A stretch of 64,000 bases of DNA from Angelakisella sp. (GTDB lineage Bacteria; Bacillota; Clostridia; Oscillospirales; Ruminococcaceae), in contig JAAWEO010000001.1 of assembly GCA_022794295.1 (NCBI GenBank), forward strand, positions 6,969 to 70,968. Direction: 5' to 3'. The position numbers were made by a program, and so were the translations under genes. A model generated the notes under the pieces. That model did no database searches. It was not told the origin of the DNA and was given only the letters and a program-made list of their open reading frames with translations. This document shows positions 59,358-64,000 of the stretch, in pieces (positions within the stretch are counted from its first letter, which is position 1; the number at the start of each line of letters is the position of its first letter).

Positions 59358-60430
59358 CGCTCATCCTCCAGTCCTCTGTCCATCTGCCGGAGCATCTCCG
59401 GGCGGTGCATCTTGGGCCGGTCTGCGTAGGGGTCCTTCTGGACCTTCTTCTTCGGTACCTGCTTGCGGCAGAAGACCACCAGAAAAGCGATGCCTACAGC
59501 CGCGCTTGCGGCAGCGCCGACCACCAGGATCACCAGACCAACGGTTTTCCAAGGAAAGGCGCTGCTCTCCGGCATGATCTCCTTGTACACGATGCTGTAC
59601 ATGACCTGCCCCTTGGCAGTCCGGCTGACCTCGCCGGTGTAGTCGGCAGTGACGGTATAGCCGTCCGCCTTACTGCCCCATGCAGTCCCTGTGTACAGAG
59701 CGGTGGCTTTGAACAGAGAGGGAACCTCGCTGTTGTCCGCGGCACTTGCCATGGGAGTCCAGTCCACATTCGCAAGGGATAGGGTAACGCCGTTTTTCTC
59801 GGCAGTCTTGGGGATGTAGGCCAGATCATTCCGGTCTAAGTTGGGAAATTCTTTTTCCTCCTTTAGGGTGTAGGAGTAGCCGGAGGAGCCGCTTTCCTTG
59901 GCTTTAATACTGTCTTTGTCCAGTGTAAGCACCCCGGCGAAGCCATCTTCCCGGTAGTCCAGAGTGGACTTCAGCAGAGGGAGTATATTTTCCGGCTTAT
60001 CCGTTTCGCTGTTCACGGTCACAGCTTGGGAAACTGTTTTCCGCTCGGTATCCCCGGCCATCTCCCGGCGCAGGATGTCGGTGGCTTCATAGGCCACACC
60101 CCGGCGGGTCAGCTCTTCCTCGATGAGCGCCGAGGGTGCTGTGTCCTCCGGTACAAGGAAGGTCTTGACCAGCAGCCGGACGCCGCCATCCTCGGAGGTC
60201 TGGACTGCCACCGGGTAATAGCTGCTGACTGCGTAGGCTTTCGTTTCATCTTTTTTGCTCTCCTTTTCTGTCTGAGGTTCCGTTTTCTGCTCCCCTCTGG
60301 GGGTGATGTCGGTGATGGCGATGGTCGTCCCGCCCTCACTGCTGCCGATCTCGGCGGCGTGGGCGGTGACGGACAACGCCATCGCTGCCGCCAGCACCAC
60401 CGCCAGGATCAAAGCGATTTTCTTTTTCAT
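59354..60430 (-). CDS. Membrane-anchored surface protein
   Basis: Signal peptide and C-terminal TM. Confidence 0.75.
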   Translation of the reverse strand: MKKKIALILAVVLAAAMALSVTAHAAEIGSSEGGTTIAITDITPRGEQKTEPQTEKESKKDETKAYAVSSYYPVAVQTSEDGGVRLLVKTFLVPEDTAPSALIEEELTRRGVAYEATDILRREMAGDTERKTVSQAVTVNSETDKPENILPLLKSTLDYREDGFAGVLTLDKDSIKAKESGSSGYSYTLKEEKEFPNLDRNDLAYIPKTAEKNGVTLSLANVDWTPMASAADNSEVPSLFKATALYTGTAWGSKADGYTVTADYTGEVSRTAKGQVMYSIVYKEIMPESSAFPWKTVGLVILVVGAAASAAVGIAFLVVFCRKQVPKKKVQKDPYADRPKMHRPEMLRQMDRGLEDER

Positions 60431-60442
60431 CTTTCGTTCCTC

Positions 60443-60865
60443 CTAAAGCGTCATCTGGGGGAATTGACCTTCCACCAGTTGTTCTCTGGCTTCCTGCGCC
60501 ATTTCTTCTACTGCCCGAAGATACTGCCGGACGAAGCCATCCACTACCACGGAGTGAGCATTCAGACTGTAAGCAGGATCTTTGGATGAAGCGGGGCAGG
60601 CATTGGCCCACTCCACCGTCCGGCGGCTGAACCGCTCATCCCAGGAGCGCTCCCGGACAGTGCTGGCCAGCACAGCTTCCACCTGCCGGAGCCCAAATTT
60701 TTCGATTGCATTTCTGGCACAGCCGCTTTTCAGGCAGCTGCCATCGAAGCCATCCCGGAGGATCTCCTCGATCCCGTCCCGGCAGGCGACCTTGGCGAAA
60801 TGCTCATCCAGCCACTGTTCCGCATCCTCTTGATCTCTGGGCGGGTAAACATACGGCTCGATCAT
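60443..60865 (-). CDS. DUF3849-like protein
   Basis: VLASTV...WDERFSR..VEWA...HSVVVDGFV; ends PQMTL. Confidence 0.75.
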   Translation of the reverse strand: MIEPYVYPPRDQEDAEQWLDEHFAKVACRDGIEEILRDGFDGSCLKSGCARNAIEKFGLRQVEAVLASTVRERSWDERFSRRTVEWANACPASSKDPAYSLNAHSVVVDGFVRQYLRAVEEMAQEAREQLVEGQFPQMTL

Positions 60866-61149
60866 GTGTCAGCCCCCTCCTTTCTGGCCCGCTCCAGCAG
60901 CCGGGCGGCAATCGCTATCTGTTTCTCCCTGGGCATCCGGTCGGTGGCGGCGGTGACATACGCCTCCATCGCCTCCGGGGAAAGGTCGCCCATTTCGATA
61001 AGATGGACTTTGCGGAGCTGCACACCGCCCCGCTCCACCAACAGCTTTACGATACACCCCGGCTCCATGCCCAGCCGTTCCCGCAGCTCCTTGGGAATGT
61101 ACACCCGCCCTTTGGCGTCGATGAGCCGATATACAGGTTCCTTCATCAT
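60862..61149 (-). CDS. AbrB/MazE/SpoVT-family DNA-binding protein
   Basis: IDAKGRVYIPKELRERLGMEPG. Confidence 0.85.
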   Translation of the reverse strand: MMKEPVYRLIDAKGRVYIPKELRERLGMEPGCIVKLLVERGGVQLRKVHLIEMGDLSPEAMEAYVTAATDRMPREKQIAIAARLLERARKEGADT

Positions 61150-61571
61150 GCAAACCACCCGTCCCTTTCCAGAATATCCCACACCTCACGAGGGGAGATG
61201 CCGGCGTCCTCCATTACGGCGCACAGTTCCTCCGGCAGCAGCTCGCTGATCTCGTCCCGAATGACTGCCGCCTCCTCATCCTCCAGCGGCTCTACCAAGA
61301 TACGCCCTTTCTCGATAGTGAGGGACACATCCTCCAGCCCGGCGACATGGAAAAGGCCTGCATCCTCCAGCACATCCGCCGGGAGATACAGGCCAGCTTT
61401 CTCAGTCATGGGGTTGCTCCAGTCCACCGCAGCTCTCCGCAGGTGAAGGGCAGTCTTTTCCAGCTCCGCCGCAAGGCTCCGGAACAGCTCCGGCACCGAG
61501 GGACTTCCTTCCATACCGCTGTTCAAGCTGCTCTCGAACAGCCTTGCCATCTTCTTTTCGTTTCTCTGCAT
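61146..61571 (-). CDS. Hypothetical protein with an AbrB-like segment
   Basis: AAGGAG RBS; LYLPADVLEDAGL...IEKGRILVEP. Confidence 0.6.
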   Translation of the reverse strand: MQRNEKKMARLFESSLNSGMEGSPSVPELFRSLAAELEKTALHLRRAAVDWSNPMTEKAGLYLPADVLEDAGLFHVAGLEDVSLTIEKGRILVEPLEDEEAAVIRDEISELLPEELCAVMEDAGISPREVWDILERDGWFA

Positions 61572-62529
61572 TTCTTTCTCCTTTCGCTATCTGCGTGTAT
61601 TTTTTCTCTCCCGGTTCTGCTTCCGGGCTTTGGAACAGGGTCATTTGCCGGGGCTTTGCGTATTCTTCCGGGTCATAGTTGGTGATGATAAGTTCCTTGT
61701 ACTCCCCGCCGCCGCTGTTGTTCCGAAGGGGATTGGGGCGGCTGGTGGAAAACTGCCAGAAGCCTTGGTACAGTTCCCGGATAAAGGGGTGGTCATTGTA
61801 GGACAGCACCACAAAGGACCCTTTACATTCGCAAATCAGCTCTTGCAGCCGCAGATGATCCGCAAAGTTAAAGGGGACATCGTAGCATTCTGCTTCGTAG
61901 TAGGGCGGGTCGAGGTAGAGGAGTGTCCCCGGCGCATCGTAGCGGGGGATCGCCGCCTCATAGCTGAGATTCTCAATGACCACATCCTTGAGCCGCTGGG
62001 AACAAAGCCAGATGTTCGCAAGCCCCCGGCAGATGTCCAGTGGTCTGGCTCCGTAGGAACTGCCCCCTGCTCCGTAGCTGTATCGGATGACTTTGTAATA
62101 GGCGGCGGCCCGCTGAACATCCCACAGGCTGGCCCGTTCCAGAAGGACCTTTTTTAGGATAGCGGCATCTGCCGGGCCGAGAAACTCATTGCAGATCTCC
62201 AGTTCTTCCTGCAGGAAGCAGTTAGCCGGTTCCTTCTGATCCAGAAAATCTCTTAAAACCTGGAAGGATACACGACTGTTCAGCGGCAGCCAGCCTACTT
62301 CCTTGCAAAAGGCCAGCGTTCTGTACTTGACGCAGAGGAACAGGTTCACCAGATCCCGATTCAAATCGTTGTATATCTCGATTTGTCCCCGCTGGGGACT
62401 TCGCCCGAACAGGAGGGCCCCGCTGCCGCCGAACACCTCCACATACCGGTCGAAGCGGTGGGGGAACAGCCGGTACAGGACAGGCCGCAGGGCGGTCTTT
62501 CCTCCCACCCAAGGGATAAAGGGTTTCAA
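61402..62529 (-). CDS. Dam-like (D12 class) N6-adenine DNA methyltransferase
   Basis: WVGGK, YVEVFGGSG, YNDLN, YLDPPY, VLSYND, ELIITNY. Confidence 0.92.
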   Translation of the reverse strand: MKPFIPWVGGKTALRPVLYRLFPHRFDRYVEVFGGSGALLFGRSPQRGQIEIYNDLNRDLVNLFLCVKYRTLAFCKEVGWLPLNSRVSFQVLRDFLDQKEPANCFLQEELEICNEFLGPADAAILKKVLLERASLWDVQRAAAYYKVIRYSYGAGGSSYGARPLDICRGLANIWLCSQRLKDVVIENLSYEAAIPRYDAPGTLLYLDPPYYEAECYDVPFNFADHLRLQELICECKGSFVVLSYNDHPFIRELYQGFWQFSTSRPNPLRNNSGGGEYKELIITNYDPEEYAKPRQMTLFQSPEAEPGEKKYTQIAKGERNAEKRKEDGKAVREQLEQRYGRKSLGAGAVPEPCGGAGKDCPSPAESCGGLEQPHD

Positions 62530-62612
62530 TCATCGCTCACCTCGTTTCAGATCAACAAAAAAGAGCCGTTTCTCCTTGCTCGGAAAAACGGCTCTGGTTT
62601 TTGTTGTTCGTG

Positions 62613-63749
62613 TCAACACATCCCACCCATCGTCATACCGATACCATAGCAATCTGTTTGGGTGTGGGGACTTTCTTCATATATTTCATCGTGCATATCG
62701 TCTATCGCTTTACGGATGACCGGGTCATTGGTCAGGGTCTCATATTGAAAGCCTGTCCGGAGATGATGAGGAAGTTCATCATGGATGACTTGAAGGTATT
62801 TCTGTGCATCGGTGAAATTCCACAGATCGCCGTTGGCAAAGGTCACACGCCCGATAAACTCGCATTCCTCAGTTGGCTCCGGGTCTTGATATTGGAACTG
62901 ATCCTCATGTTCCTGATCTGCGATCTCAAAGACACAGTGTTTTTCCGATTTGTAGAAGTGCAGAGCAGTAAAGGTCTGGTCCACCTTTTGGAGAGCGGAA
63001 CAGAACCAGTCTTTTTGGTCGGGAAGCAGGATGACCCCGTTTGACAGCACAATGCTGTCTGCGGGCTGGTCACAGGGTGGATAATAGGTAAAGGGCGGAT
63101 AATGCGCTTGTGGATCCTCGCAGTCCTTCAGGTTCATTCCACGGAACCCGGGTGCCTCGGCTTGCAGATATTGCAGACCTTCCATAGTCTCTACCCCAGC
63201 ACGCTCCCGTTCTGCCTCTTCCAGCTCTCTGCACAGCCTTTCTATCCCGTATGGAGAAAGCTGCTTCTCACAAAACGCATCCGCGATCTTCGCAGTGCGG
63301 ATCTGGTCTCGGAAAAAGAAGGCATCCCGCAGGATCAAATTCCGCTCCGGCTGGCTGAACACAGGGGCCTTTTGCTCATATTCCTCTAACAGCTCCATCG
63401 CCGGAGAGAGATCATACCCCGCGGCAAAGCCCTCCTCCTGTCGCAGTACGATCTCCCGTTCCACCATCCGGGCAACAACAGGATCGACATGGCCACAGCG
63501 TTTCTCAAAATCACATCGTTCCAAATGCTGTGCCAAGCGTTTCAGCTGCCGCAATTCATGTCCTCCGCAGGAAATATCGATGGTATTGGCATACCGACAC
63601 AGGAGGAGCCATTCATTTGGGGCTCTGATCCGGTCTCTGGCTGCGCTTAGGAAAAACCGCGCCTGCCCAACAGGGGAGCGAATGGGAACGGTCTGGTCGC
63701 GGGATATGTCATAATAGGCACGGTAGTCGAAATCGTAATTTCCGATCAT
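62613..63749 (-). CDS. Hypothetical ICE protein
   Basis: GAGGTG RBS; 378-aa ORF ending GMTMGGMC. Confidence 0.7.
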   Translation of the reverse strand: MIGNYDFDYRAYYDISRDQTVPIRSPVGQARFFLSAARDRIRAPNEWLLLCRYANTIDISCGGHELRQLKRLAQHLERCDFEKRCGHVDPVVARMVEREIVLRQEEGFAAGYDLSPAMELLEEYEQKAPVFSQPERNLILRDAFFFRDQIRTAKIADAFCEKQLSPYGIERLCRELEEAERERAGVETMEGLQYLQAEAPGFRGMNLKDCEDPQAHYPPFTYYPPCDQPADSIVLSNGVILLPDQKDWFCSALQKVDQTFTALHFYKSEKHCVFEIADQEHEDQFQYQDPEPTEECEFIGRVTFANGDLWNFTDAQKYLQVIHDELPHHLRTGFQYETLTNDPVIRKAIDDMHDEIYEESPHTQTDCYGIGMTMGGMC

Positions 63750-63841
63750 GCGAGTTCACCTCGTTTTTGCATCTTATCCCTCATTCCAAGGCATAAAAGA
63801 GGGCCCTCCCTCCCGACGGAGGAAACGGCCCCTTTGTACCT

Positions 63842-64000
63842 TTACATGGTCATGGTCATTGTCATTGTGGATCCTTCTTCGTGCAGACGCTGGAAGGGCT
63901 TTTCATTTCTGCGGATACAGTATCCGTTTCCGGTGGTGATATAGCCCTCATCTTCCATCAGAAGGGAGCCGCATTTTTCCAGATCGAAGCAGCCCGCCTC
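63842..64000 (-). CDS. 3' end of a gene that starts outside the window
   Basis: Hand translation EAGCFDLEKCGSLLMEDEGYITTGNGYCIRRNEKPFQRLHEEGSTMTMTMTM-stop. Confidence 0.6.
   Translation of the reverse strand, partial: EAGCFDLEKCGSLLMEDEGYITTGNGYCIRRNEKPFQRLHEEGSTMTMTMTM

Noticed and set aside
39441-63749. Small acidic ICE proteins as anti-CRISPRs against the adjacent I-C system
   Set aside because: No recognisable Acr/Aca signature and no self-targeting spacer seen; unsupported without searches

Overview
GC-rich Firmicute DNA, probably a gut Clostridia such as Oscillospiraceae (inferred from gene content). 1-4.0 kb holds the 3' half of a type I-C CRISPR-Cas operon (cas8c partial, cas7, cas4, cas1, cas2). 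It is followed by a 35-repeat array whose old end is interrupted by a 1.6-kb two-gene insert and resumes as a 3-repeat remnant. A LexA-box-controlled Y-family polymerase/YolD pair follows. From about 10.6 kb to beyond the window end lies an integrative conjugative element (ICE): DUF1016, a triple serine recombinase module, an SOS/XRE/ImmA regulatory block with a second Y-polymerase/YolD pair, a cargo region, and a Gram-positive conjugation module (VirD4, toprim, relaxase, M23, VirB4, VirB6, pilin, adhesin, sortase) with two DNA methyltransferases. The most striking part is the cargo at 22-30.4 kb. A small serine invertase is followed by two 28-bp palindromic crossover-like sites bounding a 135-bp segment with a sigma28-like promoter that currently faces away from the genes. 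Downstream come csrA, a 703-aa flagellin and flagellin-modification genes. This is a candidate mobile Hin/fljBA-like flagellar phase-variation system. Also notable: a shared C-terminal 'MTM'-type tail on the relaxase and five other ICE proteins, a nested alternate-frame subunit inside the C5 methyltransferase, and genes embedded in the CRISPR array. All calls come from reading the sequence and recalled family motifs; no database searches were run.
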